A stretch of 62,383 nt of DNA, filler included, from Diploschistes diacapsis (lineage: Eukaryota): the NCBI GenBank assembly GCA_023645945.1. It is 6 parts of 6 records of this genome, joined end to end, with 100 filler letters (N's around TTAATTAATTAA, not from the genome) between each part and the next. Parts side by side here need not be neighbours in the genome. Positions count along the whole stretch, not along the records: positions 41,714 to 51,998 come from JALAIB010000940.1; positions 52,099 to 62,383 come from JALAIB010000941.1; 4 more parts are not named here. One strand, given 5' to 3'. Made by a program: the position numbers and the translations under genes. The notes under the pieces are model-generated. The model had not been told where the DNA came from and searched no databases. It saw nothing but the letters and a program-made list of their open reading frames with translations. Positions 49,295 through 62,270 of this stretch are shown here, one piece after another (the first letter of the stretch is position 1; every line of letters begins with the position of its first letter).

Positions 49295-50262
49295 TCACGG
49301 AGCGTGATGACCAATTATGAACTTAAATTCAAGAAGCATCTTATGCCATTCTTCGGCATTCTCGTCTTCCCACAAAAGCAATTTACGAATCCCACTCAGG
49401 TCTTCCGCCATCCGCGCACGATTTGTAGTACCATTCAGGATAGCAGTACTTCCTAAGGCCAGAATGAGCCCGAAGAGCGCTACAGAATGGTCCAAAGCCA
49501 CCTTAACTGCGACATTCTTCACACATTCACTGTTTAATAGATTCTGATTCGCAGTAAGCGTCCAGTAAGCCTGATATAGGATGCTGTTTCGGTGACAGAA
49601 ATCTCGCATCTCGCAATCGTAACCTGTCCCCGCGTAAAATCGATTCTGAACGACTGCAGGTTTCACTCGAGCATGCGTTGTCAATAGCATGACCAAGTCG
49701 AGATCTGTGTTCGCAATACCCAAAGATCGTGTCGCTCGGGAACGAAGCCTTCCATAGCGTACCACACCTCAAGTGTCTCCTCCAGAGTTGGGAGCGGTGA
49801 ATGTAGCAGCAGGCAATCAAGATAGCTCTCTGCATCGTCTATGGCGAGGTTCCGCAGCGAAGAAACCAAGGACGAGCGGACCTGCTCCGAAACAGGTGCC
49901 AAGGCGTCATACGGGCTATCCTCACGATCACTAGGAATGCCTGGCGAGAACTTTGTCTGGATCTGTCGTACTCATGAGAATCGCATAGGTTGGTTGCATC
50001 GGAGTAGTATTACATATAGATCGCTCCTCTTAATAAGACCGTCTGATATGGCCCGCCTCAATCCTTCGCCGACGAGATCTTCGCGATAGTGCTCCGGTTG
50101 CGCGGCACTATCGATCGCGGTAAAGCCTGCTCGGATAGCCTCATAGACTAAATCGGCGGTAGATTCTTTCTTCCATGCTGTCCCATAGATCATCAGAGGA
50201 GGACGAGCTGGAGGGGAGCCAGGACATTGCACGCGGCGAAGTGATTTGTTAGATTCTTCCAT
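49295..50262 (-). CDS. Aldo-keto reductase, one intron, 1-nt frameshift near 49733
   Basis: IYGTAWKKE, GFTAIDSAAQPEHYREDLVG, IQTKFS, YLDCLLLHSP, RSLGIAN, VKPAVVQNRFY, YQAYWTLTAN, ILNGTTN. Confidence 0.88.
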
Positions 50263-50561
50263 TCTCCTAGAGACGTGACTCTTAAGCGGAACAACAAAAT
50301 TTTGCAAGTGAAGGTAGTGGACAATTGAAAGTTTGAGAAATAGCGAAGCACTTTTTAAATAGAAAGTAGCATGAGAAAAAGATTAGAAGCTTATTGGCTT
50401 CATACGCTTAGGAGAAGCCTGCCTACATTAAGTATATTATGACACCAAAGACCCCAAATCCAGTGCCTTCCCAACAAAGCACATCAACTATAACCTCATT
50501 AAAATAGGAGGACCCCGAGCTATATGGACACTGTTCCCAGTGTTGTTAACAAGTGTATCTT

Positions 50562-51150
50562 ACGTTTATAAAGCGAGCCTCAAATTTTCTGATTTCATGA
50601 GCGGTTCAAGCTACGAAGTTCATTTGTACTCATTTTGGCCAAAAAAATTGGGCACCTTAAAATCCGAAAAAAATTCCTATCCCCCACCAGAAATCTCACA
50701 CCAAATTTTTTATGGAAAAAAAGAGTTTAACTTAACTATTAAAACAATAATTATTTATTTATAAGCCTCATGAAAAAATCTCTAAATTTTTATATTAAAG
50801 TTGTTCACCACTCAGCTGGACGCATCACCTCGCGGGACACTTTTTCCAGGCATCGCGAACTATCTTCTTTAATACGCAATAATTTGATTAATATAATGCC
50901 AATTCATACCCAAGAAGCCAAAATTATTTTAGCAATTGAGGCAATTCATACACCACAGAAAAAACTAAGCATTCAAGCTGCTCCCCAAATATATAACATT
51001 TTAAAATTCACTCTAAGCGTTTGAATTAATAATTATTCTCAACGCGAAAAAGCATGTGTTAAATAATATAGATTAGGTTTTTAGAAGAAGAAACATTTGT
51101 TTGATATATTGTCGAGCAAAATGAGAAAAAATCTCCTTTGCGTTTCTCAT
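50562..51150 (+). mobile_element. 5'-terminal remnant of a Fot1/pogo-like DNA transposon
   Basis: Degenerate transposase N-terminus MPIHTQEAKIILAIEAIH..KKLSIQAAPQIYNI..TL (HTH-psq-like) from about 50896; candidate TIR starting ACGTTT at 50562. Confidence 0.7.
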
Positions 51151-51299
51151 AGCGCAGCCACCAAAATAATCAAGCACTAACGGTGAACGCGAATTCCGCC
51201 TTCGTGCGCGATCTCTTGTTATGATCTCTATCTATACAAGGTATACACGAGTAGGATCAAGGTGGGTTTGGTCTCTGTTAGAAAAGGAGTGTGGCAGGA

Positions 51300-51998
51300 G
51301 AAAAAGATAAAATAATTATAAATCTTAAACTATCTTTAAAAAAAAGATTCTTTAATAATAAAAATAACGAATATAAATTGATCCCGAATAATAATTAAAA
51401 ATATTTATAAAAATAAATATATCTTCTTTTATAAAAATAAAATCGTGTTTATATATAATTAACTCGCTCGTCGTTTATCGTAAATCTAACGAATAATATT
51501 TTCGAGACTCGCCGTTTATAAAAATAAGCGCGACCGTTGAGCGGTAACGAAAATTTACTCGCCGCTTATAAAAATAAACGCGAGTAATAAACGTATTACG
51601 TGATTTTTAATCTCGTAATTAATTTATATATAAAACTAGGACGTATTAAGTTTAATATTTAGATCGTAATATTATTCTTTTTTTTTAATATTATCGGCCC
51701 GATAATTCGCCGAAACGTCTAATATAAATATTAAATAAAAAAGAATCTTAAGTCGTAAAATAACGATATCTTTTTTAATTTCTCGCAACCGGTTCGTCGA
51801 GCGAATTTAATTTTCTCGTTCTATCGCTTATTATAAAATCCTTATTATTTTTTTTTATAAATATTATTTTTTTAACGATAAGTTCTGTTTCGTTATATTA
51901 TTTGGTTTTAAGATTTTAAAGTATTCGGAATATGTACGCCGTGATCGTTTTTACGTAGAAATGTTATGGGCTCGCTTAAAGCGGATATAAGATATATT
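51300..51998. repeat. RIP-degenerated AT-rich repeat of unresolved class
   Basis: Very AT-rich, TpA-rich and CpA/TpG-poor while CpG is retained; no ORFs. Confidence 0.75.
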
Positions 51999-52098
51999 NN
52001 NNNNNNNNNNNNNNNNNNNNNNNNNNNNNNNNNNNNNNNNNNTTAATTAATTAANNNNNNNNNNNNNNNNNNNNNNNNNNNNNNNNNNNNNNNNNNNN
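51999..52098. other. Artificial contig linker
   Basis: 100-nt N/TTAATTAATTAA/N. Confidence 0.99.
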
Positions 52099-53745
52099 TC
52101 TACTAACAGCTGAACGTTTAGTCGTGTTTTATTAAAATCTAAACAGGTCGATACCTGACAACCTTCGTCGCCCAGAACTTATAAGAAATTAAATATTTTT
52201 TTACGGTCTATAAGCTTCGAAATACGTCGATATTAATTTAATAGTATATTTCTAGGCTTCACTTGGCGCAGCTTAAAAAAAAAAATAAATAAAGCTTTTA
52301 ATAAATCGCGGGTCATCGTTTTATTATAAGCCGCGATGTCTAATTTTCCGAATCGGATTAATTAATCTTTTTCTTTTTCGAAAAATTTTTATTCGCGTCG
52401 GATAAACTAGATAACTTTCGAGATCTATATTCTGCGATTATATGGTTTCTTTTACTACAATAAAAGCAAGCTTTATTATCTTGACACCACTTTTTAAAAA
52501 CTTTCGTGTCTAACTTTTTCGGTAAAACAGCACGAGTGACTACAAAAAAACCAGACGACGAATCTTTTAAGTTAGAATCTAATTGAGTTTAAGCGACGTT
52601 AAGCGAGCCGGAACTTTTTAGTCCACGAAACGTTATATTAATTCGATCGGCCGCTTCGATTAATTCATTCGAATTAATATTATTAACGCTAACACCGCGT
52701 TGAATTAACTCGTTTCGAACCTGTTCTTATAAAACCGAAAAGAATCGACGTCGGATAATAAAATCATCCGGACGAGGATCGAGGACTGTTATCAGACTTT
52801 ATATGGCTATAACAAGATCTCGTACATCCTTTATCTGGCGAAGATGATCTTAACGATCCTATTTCTTTTTTTTAGTATTTAGTTCGACGAAGTTTTGTTA
52901 AAATAGCTGAAATAATCCTTCAATAGTCTTTATTAAAACATAATCGAATCTATTAGACTTTATAAGATTCGTAACGTATATAACGGCGTCGTTTTTAAGG
53001 TTTATAATAATGATGCTCGTTTTTTAATCGTCGCGAAATTTAACAGCATAAAAATTCTTTATAATAATTAAATACCGTTTAATCTACAATATTTATCTAT
53101 CGCACGTATCGTTTTTCCTAGAATTATCGTATTTGGATAGATTAGGTATCCTAAACGTAGATCGTATAAAAGATTTAATCTCTATACGATTAAAATCTCG
53201 ATCCGAGGTTGTTCGACTCGTACTCTCTTGAATCGGCTCTGATCGATTTTGATTAATATTAAGCTAATATATTCGTTTTATTAGCAGTTGATTGATTTCG
53301 GCCTGTTATTATAACAATATTTATTATTCTTTTTATCGAGTATCCATATTTTAAAGATATAGACGCTAATTTTTTAATATTATCGGAATTCTATTTTTCC
53401 CGATAAGGTCGAATGGTTCTCTTTCGATTATAATATTATTTAATTAATAGTATTAAACTTTTAAAAAGCTCGGGAAAAGATAACGTATATTTTAGAATTT
53501 TTTGGTTTTTTAATAAACGAAAACGATAATTTTTATAATAATTTATAAAATTTCTTTTAGAGACTTAAGCGATAAGAAAATGCGGTAAAAAAATTTTTCA
53601 CGCGATTTATATTTTAAATCTTAATAAATCGAATAATATAAACGAATCGAATCGTTTCGATCGAAAAAGAATTTATCTTTTTTAAAACTCGACCTTTAAA
53701 GTCTAGCCGAGGTCAGAACTCTTTAGATAAATTATTTTTTCGTTG
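52099..53745 (-). mobile_element. RIP-mutated LTR retrotransposon (probably Ty3/Gypsy) gag region
   Basis: Minus strand near 52420-52490 reads KKWCQDNKACFYCSKRNHIIAEY, a CX2CX4HX4C knuckle with the last TGT changed to TAT, followed by ..SEN*; RIP-like composition. Confidence 0.7.
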
Positions 53746-54599
53746 CTACCATATGTAATTCGATTGCATGATGTGTTCAAATTATCTAGCTACAGATTTA
53801 CAAATAAAAAGTATTCTGCCAAGCCTTTTCGGACTTGGGGCTTAACTCCGTAGTGAAACCACACTAAATCCTCATCAGTGCCTCCCTTTGTCCGGAGAAA
53901 TTCGGTATGCTGATTTTTATATGCTCCGTGTCTTCAAAGCTTGGAGCTATATCCTTCCCTGATGGGACCTTCGTACCATGGTCCCGAAACTCGCAGACAG
54001 GCCGATAGCCGTGATGGAGTAGGGGTGGACAGCTGAAGCCGCTCTCGACGCCCTGGACGGAATAATCGACATTATGAAAGACCGCGGTATTTTTCTCGCT
54101 GCAGATCGAATCCTAATGGAGAAATGGCTCAAGAATAATGGCACATTGACCATAACCTTATATATCCGCGAGGGAGAGACTTGAGATGCCTGAACAATGG
54201 ATTTGTCTCGGCACGGTGGGCTTTTCGCCATATAGGGAGGGACGTTTAGTGAAGGTGAAAGCGAGGATGCAGGTCCAGTGCAAAATGAAACAAAAGTACA
54301 ACAGCAAGCTCGACGACAACAACGACCGCAGTACAAAGCCCGGGGGAGACACAAGAAAGGGAAGAGAAAGTACCAATTGACGGAGTGGCATCGACCGCCG
54401 GAAGTATATGCAAAAGCCTTCAAAGAGGCCAGGCTTCCTTCGAAGGAAGTATGTTCTTCTATCGTCCATGAGTGTCTCTACCCTCGAAGGACTCGCATGG
54501 CTCCAAGAGTGCATGAAGGTCCTGGCGACTACATTCCATATCCGTGTCGAGTAATGTATCATCGATTTCAAGTCTGAGTACCTCGGCTGGGGCTTTGCA

Positions 54600-55895
54600 T
54601 CTGCTCAAAGGACGTGATATCGCGCTCGCCGATCGTAATAAGACCTCCGAGTGTGACGGGATTGATTCCATGGTGTTGAACAAGTTCTCTAAATCAGCTA
54701 TGGTCGCCGTTCTCAGGTTAATGACGGCAAAGTTAGCGGACAAAGGTTGAGCAAAATGGTATGGAATCTTGAAACAGCATTCGCTGTACTCGCTTCTTGT
54801 CAGATAGGCACTTTGGCAAAAGCAGCAGAATTCCCTCTCCGAAGCGCTTTACCATTGCAAACCAAGGTTTCCCCATTCCTCCTCCAATCGTGGATTTTTT
54901 TTGCGAGCCGCTGCTCTGTGTTTTTCCTCGTGGATCTGTCGAATTTTTTCACCCGCGGTAACCGCATCTATCCTCGTCTGAGCTGTGTTCGGAAACATCA
55001 GATCCACGATACGATTTAGCACACGCGATTTTAATCGAGGAGACTGGTTTGAGGGAATATTGTGAGAGAGTTCTCTCATCGTACGATCTCCATGAAGGAA
55101 GATAAGGCATTAGCCTGCGCCCCTTCGTAAAATTCGAAGAAATTGGACGGAGCGATTCGTTTGCGGAATCTGTGCAGCTGCTCCCCTACTTCAATGGCCT
55201 CCAGCTCGATCCTGAGTATTGAGAATACATGAGTTGATCGGAGCGAGAGAAGCTTGTCGAGTGGACCGCTGGTGGAAGGTACCCCCATGTCTTGGTTGGG
55301 AACCAGCGAACTGTGGCTCGAATGAGAGCGTAGATGGAGTAGAGTATGTCTCAAGTCTCCCAGAACTTCTACACCGCCGATGAGGCTAAGCTTGCTGACG
55401 GGACTAGGTTGTGTGGTAGAGACCTTCACCGCTCCTTTATTTGACGCGCGAGGCTGCGCAAACGTGAAACTTCCGTTTGCTCTCGAGGATGGTGCGGTAT
55501 GGACTTCCGCTTGAGTTTCAGGAGCAACAAACGTGTCCGAACTTAGCTTTCTCTTTTTTTGGGGGGTGACTACTGTTGGCTGAGGTCTTGTCGATGGGAG
55601 CGTGATCCGCGGTGCATAGCGATAATGTCCTCTTGGTCGCCGTGGGAGAGGTTCGAGGTACAACGCAGGCTTCCACACTCTTTGTAACTTCTCGAGGAAC
55701 TCTTAGCCAAGGTATCCATGTCGCCGTCAATGAATCTCCCTTGCTCTGACTTAAACAGGTACTTTGTGAAATGGTCATCTCGCGACGTAATTGTTCGGAA
55801 AGAGCAGAGACATCCACATTCTGATCCGTCGTCTCTGAAACATTGTCATTATCCGAACTCTCGACGTCGCAAGAAGGGGTTGGTCCCGGCGGCAT
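54600..55895 (-). pseudogene. Disrupted hypothetical fungal protein gene
   Basis: Collinear ORF pieces (..KSRVLNRIVDLMFP.., KIHDWRRNG, RFGEGILLLLP) broken by stops and frameshifts. Confidence 0.5.
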
Positions 55896-56361
55896 GCTTC
55901 CAGATTGCTAGTGTTGCGTTAGTGTTGCGTCAATTGTCATGGAAATCGGAACAAGCGCACGATCTGAGGTGGTAGAGGCCAGGTTGTCGTGTCGTCGGAC
56001 CTATATGTGTAACGCTTACTACCCTTCACAATCACCAAGGTTACCTCGACATCACACAGGTTGTGTAGTGCATGAGCTTTCCTAATCACCCCTTGAGATC
56101 TCTCGCACAATTTCTCCCCCCCTCTGTCTTGCTTTATTCTTGAGAGCTATATCTTCTTGGTCTCGATAAGGTTCAGATCGTTAAGAGGAGGCTATAGATG
56201 TTATATGTAGATCAGCTTCAGAGAGTTCACTTGCTAGTCGATCGCGGCGTTTGCACGGTGTACGGCGCAAAACGGCGGACTCATCTGGATAGCAGTATTT
56301 TGGGGGCTTAGCAAATTCTAGAGAACCATATTTATATCAAGAGGTAGGGGGAAAGCCAAAA

Positions 56362-57023
56362 ATGGATGCTGGAGAGGGGACTAGAAGTGGATGCTCGAGC
56401 CAGAAGTGGATTCTCGAGCTGAAAGTGGATGCTTGGGCCAGAATCGGGATGTTCTGCGAGAGGAAGGATGGAATAAAGGCGAAGATCACCAAGGAACGGA
56501 TTAGCCCGGACAGCTGGATTCTCTGGCGTTCAGAGTAAAAGCTGCAGAAACCTAATCCGCGACTTGCTTCTACAAGTCCGATATGGCACAATCCACCAGC
56601 ACGTCGCAATGGCATCCGCCATGCCCACGTCACACACTTCGCCCGAATCTTTGGCTCAACGCAAGTAGAGGACGAAGACCCGCGACAGAACAGAGAAAGA
56701 CGAACGGTCCTCGAAGAAAATGGCAGGCCACTACTCAGGATGAGGATATTCAAAAAGGGAAGGAGCTCCGCGTCCAAAATTGGGCGAAGCGGCGCCGCGA
56801 ACGCCTCGACGAACTGTCTGCCTTGAGCCCGGAAGTCTTGAAAGCATTAGACATGAAAGAATGCAGGCTGGAGATGCAGCAGTTGTTGTTAGGAAAGCTC
56901 GCGGCTGAAGAGAATCGCCTGAAGGGACTAGCAGAGGACTCAGGCCCGCCGATCGCAAACTTTGGTGAACGAGTTCAAGAGGTAGAAGAAGTGATACGAT
57001 CCATGCAGTCTCGAGTGCTTTGA
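56362..57023 (+). pseudogene. Small coiled-coil hypothetical gene with disrupted 5' part
   Basis: ORF 56583-57023 ends in a heptad-rich helix; upstream frame broken; convergent with the DUF3723 gene. Confidence 0.4.
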
Positions 57024-57109
57024 TCAAGGTTCGAACTTGGGGAATGCGAAATGAGGAGACCAGGGTTTTAGATGTGGCGGTAATCAGGTAAAGGCATATC
57101 GACAAGGTT

Positions 57110-58511
57110 ATACAATTTGTTTTCTTTCGCACTTGATCTTCCTTAGAGATGTCATCGTTGGCAACTTCTCTTTCTAGTATTGGCCTTTAATGATATGGCA
57201 TCACCCAGTTGCGAAGCGGACGCGGGGAGCTGCTGGGATATACAGATTCTTCCAGCTGGAAATAGAAGAACAAGGTGTGTGCCATTAGTCACAGCAGCTT
57301 CAAGAACGGTTCAAATTCATCTTTCGCGACGGAGACGATTGGATTACGATGGAAGAATACTTCTTTGGTCCTTTTCTTTCCTATTCGGTGGAGCTCACGG
57401 CAGAAAAAAACGCAAGCGAGGGAAGATATCTTTTCGACACCGCTCTTTGGTCATTGCACCCCTCAGAATGCTTTTGAAGGCGTTCGTCCTTTTCTGTAGC
57501 TTCCACGGGCGCTGGAATGATTGCACGAAGAGGGGTTTCCTCAAACGGGACCTTTTCCTCGAGTGGACCTTCGGGCAAGACCTCGTCTGAATAAAAGCTT
57601 GATGGAAGTATAGAAGGCGCCACCGAACCCCGTTCTCCCTCGCCGTCATCCATCACCAGGTCTTCGACGTCGTCCATCGGTTGAGATTCCTGATTCGCCT
57701 GAACGCTCGGCAAACGGGGCGGACTTTCAAACAGATGGCTTGTCTCTCGCAGCTGCTCCGCACAATTGTGCCATTCACTTGCGTCTCGATACTCTCGGGT
57801 TTCTTCCGCGTTTGGTTGCTCTTGGGGTGCGTACATTTGATCTACGTCTTCTCGCATTAGGTCTCGTTCTTGCTCTTGATCGCCGTTTTCTGTTTCCTGA
57901 TCATTCAATTCAGGTTGCGAATAGGATACTCATCTGCCAAAGTAAGCCAGATAAACGGACTTCCTCACGAAGACGGGTTGGATACTGCTCCCTCGGCTTT
58001 TGTCTGTGTTATGCATGTTATCGAGGAAAAGAAATTCCTTGCTCTGCTCATACGCCAGGTCAAAGGGACATGCACATCTTCTCTCCTGGCACTCTCCAGG
58101 TCCGTCGACGACGTACACAGGCTTCGATTGCAAGGACGGTGGCCGTCCGTCTGCATCACTGGAGTATTTCACCTTCAAATCGCTGATCTTATTCGACTTA
58201 AATCCTAGCCGCTCCGCCAAGTTGGCCAGTACATACAGTAGGGATTTATTTGGATCCTTCGTCGTTCGGATCTTTCTCTCACTCGGTCTGGGCTCCAACT
58301 TCGTGGACCCTGGTGACAACTCACGAAGGTGTCGCATGATGTAGAGAAATACTTGTCGGTAGTGTAGAACCACGCGGTTTTGGGTATTGCTGGATCTAAA
58401 AGTAAAGGCCGGTTCCGCTTCCTGGACAATGCATTTGCCTCTTTTCTGATTCGTTTCGGGGAAGCTCTGTGCCATCGCCGTATACAAAGTTCCCCTGGAA
58501 GGCACCCCCAA
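57110..58511 (-). pseudogene. 3' half of a DUF3723-family gene (Starship-associated)
   Basis: HYRQVFLYIMRH..LANLAERLGFKSNKI..ERRCACP..FLFLDNMH..VFVRKSVYLAYFG; in-frame TGA at 57930-57932, then an acidic linker in the same frame and EAAVTNGTHLVLLFP..ISQQLPASAS. Confidence 0.75.
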
Positions 58512-59331
58512 GATTTACGGTGAGTCTTGAGTAGCTTCGCCATTGGGAGTGTTTTCCGTACAGCTGCTGGATACTTCAACCGCTCGCATATATCGTCAAA
58601 CTTTGGCGATACTGTTCGCAACGACCTTTATGAATGCCTTCGAATGCCTTTTGTGAACCACACCTCGTGGTCTGGACCACTTTTGGTGTACGCCATGGCT
58701 GATGGTGTGGGCCATTTTTGGTGTACACCACAGCCCGCTCAATGTCTAGTCACGCAATGAAAATTTCTTGTTCTCAAAGCTTGTTGATGCGTTTCATTCT
58801 TCTGCATCAGCATCCAGTTCTCGCTCCCAGCATCCACTTCTGACTGCCTTATCTAAGCTTCCAAGCCCCCAACAGAGCGACATAGGTGCCGGAATTGGAG
58901 CAAGTTGGAACAGCATCTCTCTCTTCCAGCCACGTGATGAAAACTCCTTGATTGACGCTCGTCTTAAGACTTACACTCTCTATACCTTTATCTTTTCAAA
59001 GTGCATTTTGTAAATCTGCAGAGTATCGATCCCGGTCTTTCTTCTGCAATTCAATCCATCGTTACTAACTAATAGAGGAAAACAAGCACTCCTGGGACAA
59101 CCACTGGTAAGGACATCAGAAATGAAGAGAAGGATCAAAAGTCTATTTTGGGGAGCAAGGGAGCCAGAGTTGGAAGCCAGCTAGCGAAATCGGAGCTAAA
59201 AAGCATCCAGAAACGAGCGCGAGGCCTCAGATATATGTTGCTATTCTTTCACCGCCTTCTCGCTCTGTCTTGCAAAAGAGCAGCTGCAAATCAATTTAAA
59301 AGCTTACCTACTAAATCACAGCACACGGATC

Positions 59332-60100
59332 ATGGCGACTTCGATAACCAAACTCGACATTCCTGGAAGCTATTCGCACGAGAGCTCCGGCAACGTTCTA
59401 GAAATGTACGCGAGGTTTATGATCTCTTCGTGACTCTGATCCTTAAGCTGATTGCTTTCAGCTTGTTCAAAACTCCACCTACTCTGATGTCAGAATCAGC
59501 ATTGGGACGACCAGAGTAGAATTTCCTGCTCACCGAATAATTCTCGCATATCAAAGCCCTCGTATCCATAACACATTGACGAGAGAATCAGAGACCGAGG
59601 CACTTCAGTTGAATTTCAACGGTAGCAGCGCACATTCGTGTTGGAGAGTCTCCCATTACATGTATGAGGAAAGGTATTCTATATGGCCAACGGAAGATTT
59701 CAGTAATATAGTTAGGCCTTTCCGCTCAAATGCTTCGCAGAGTGTTGAAGATGTTTTGCAGAAGACGAGCCCGAGTTACTTAAACACGCAACCGTGACTC
59801 TGATTGCACGTCATTTGCAAAAGAACGAATTGGAAGCGCTCGCTTTTGAACGTCTCGGGGTCTCAACTATACTGGTCAATCAGTGAGCTCGTTGACTGCA
59901 TTCACAAGATGTACGCTACTCAAAATGATTATGCAAGACGATTAGTTGTCACAGAAGCAGCGAAATCACATGTGCAGGTTCCAGATCTAGCAGAAGCTCT
60001 TCAAAAGGCTGCTCGGGAGGTCGGAGAATTTTGCAATCGATCTGATGGAGGCATTGAAAAGCCTGTGTCAGCGACGAGAAGATTGAAAATCGGACTGTAT
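59332..60100 (+). pseudogene. Decayed BTB/POZ-domain gene
   Basis: Fragments RESET..SAHSCWRVSHYMY..YS, DEPELLKH, WSISELVDCIHKMYAT..RRLVV..AKSH with several stops and frameshifts. Confidence 0.6.
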
Positions 60101-61522
60101 TTATCAACATACACGCGGTCACGCTGTCATCTTAGTTGGAACATCACATAGTTTGAATGACCAAAGAGAACAAAAAGCATGCTGTCCGACTATGATACCG
60201 CAAAGCGCGTATCGTCATGCTCGCGACTTCACCCGCGATGTCGCAAGTGGCCTGGCCAGTAGAAATTCAAGCCACACGGTAGTTAAATGGTGGTTAGAAC
60301 GGCGTCCGCCTGATCCAAGCCTTGTTCACCGGAAATGGAGAGGGTGCCAAAATTGAAGTGGTCTGGAATTGGAGGGCTGCCAGTTCTGGAGCAATGTAAG
60401 AATCTGGGATCAGCTCTTCCGATACAAAAGGCTCCAACATCCGATCTACTTTCCCGATTTGCCAGAGTAAGTGAAAGACCTATGGTCCGCATATCTTCGA
60501 TACATAGCTAAAGAAATGACGACACTTCGGCAAAACAACTTAAAGCGTGCGACTTGCAGGAAAAGGTGCCGCCAGAAACTATCCAAACACATCTGTACGA
60601 TCCCGCCTTCCAGTGGAGAATATCAAGTGTTAAACGAAACCTGAAGTGACCAACCTCGAAATCTCAATTGAGCCTGCAGAAGTACGGCTGATTATAAGAG
60701 CTGATGATCCGTATACCTGGCTGGATATTACCAGAAAAATAGTACCTCTTTGAGAAACATCTAAGCAAGCATTCTATCGGGGCTTACAGAGAACTATATC
60801 GAGAAGTTGGTAGATCATTTGAAGCTGTTCTGCAACCTGAATCCAGCAACGCTGCTGAGGGTAAACAGCTCGAGGAAGGACGAGGAGCTATGGTAGGAGT
60901 ACTTTGCAGTGCCCAGCCCTGACTGATGGAATGAACAGAAATTTTCTAGCCCCGAAATCAGCTTCATCAGGGTAATCGAGCAATTAGAATCGGATAAGCC
61001 CGAACCGACCGCTGAGGTGAAAACGTCACATGATCACGCAATGAAAGCGACAGAACTGCAGTCTCTAGCCGAAGAAGAAGCGACTGATTTAATCTAATAA
61101 TACAAGCGGCTGAGATGGACAAGCAAAGATTACAGCAAGAAGTACAAAACATGACAGGTGTAATCGAATACTTGAATCGATGAGTTCCTCCACAGAGTTG
61201 CGTAGGCCACGGAGTACTAACGTTTGTGACTGGACTGCGTTGTTTCGGGAAGTATAAAAGAAAACGTGCCTCCGATAGCCGGCCGTGAAGTCTTTTTAAA
61301 ATTGTTGTGGGAGGGATTTCTCGCCGATCATAAAATTATTATAAATATTATCGATACCGTACGCTGTTATCTTTGTTAAGAAATTTTTAATATTTAAATC
61401 GTACGAATTAAACTTTAAATGATCCGTGCGTCTTGATTTAATGATTATTGATTTCTGGAACATCCTGAACGTTTGTAGGTTCAAGGGTTGAACCCCGTAG
61501 GGCTGACCTGGGGAAGTATTTA

Positions 61523-62120
61523 TACTAGGCTGGCCGTTTCGTGCCACGGTCACTGACACGGACACTACAACAAAAATTTTCAAAACACGGACACTAACAC
61601 GGACACGACAATTAAAATTTTAAAACACGAACACTAACACGGATACTATATTATAATAAAAACACGAACACGGATATTATAATTAAAAATTTTAAAATAT
61701 TAATATTAATACGAATACTATATTTCCGTGAATTCACCGAAATATTACGATAAATCTATCAAAATACCGTAATAAAATTTTTTTAAAAAAATAAAAGCGT
61801 AAAAAATAAACGTGATAATTCTAGAATTATTAAAATTAAAAAAATAATTTAAAATATTTCGATAAATGCACGGACACGGACATTATAATAAAAAAATTTT
61901 CGATACGGACATTAACACGGATATTATATTATAATAAAAGCACGGACACGGATATTATAATTAAAAATTTTAAAATATTGATACTAATACGGATACTGTA
62001 TTTCCGTGAATCCACGGACACGGACACCGCAGCTAAAAAATCTAAAACACGGACACTGACACTGTCAGTGTCCGTGTCACTGACACGGCCGTATCAGTGT
62101 CAGTGACGGCCAGCCTAGTA
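61523..62120 (+). mobile_element. Non-autonomous TIR element (about 600 bp) filled with ACACGG(AC) repeats
   Basis: Perfect 15-bp inverted ends TACTAGGCTGGCCGT...ACGGCCAGCCTAGTA; many ACACGGAC/ACACGGAT copies; partly RIP-mutated; no ORF. Confidence 0.75.
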
Positions 62121-62270
62121 AATGGATTATTCCGTTATATTCGAAAAATAAAAGATATTAAGGTTCAGTTCAGTACTGAACCTAAACTTTCGAAATTACG
62201 GGGATATTTCGATATAGATTATAAAGGAAATAAATTACATCGAAAGTTTACGTATAAACACATCTTTAAG
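62121..62270 (+). mobile_element. RIP-mutated Ty1/copia RT-RNase H junction fragment
   Basis: LFRYIRKIKDIKVQF..LRGYFDIDYKGNKLHRKFTYKHIFKL resembles copia LRYLKGT..L.GYSDADY.GD..RKSTSGY.F.L. Confidence 0.7.

Noticed and set aside
53947..54577. Overlapping short ORFs on both strands
   Set aside because: No motif recognised; multiple stops in the most protein-like frame
61556..62060. ACACGGAC repeats as a CRISPR array or telomeric repeat
   Set aside because: Eukaryotic context, irregular spacing, repeated rather than unique spacers, bounded by TIRs, and not TTAGGG
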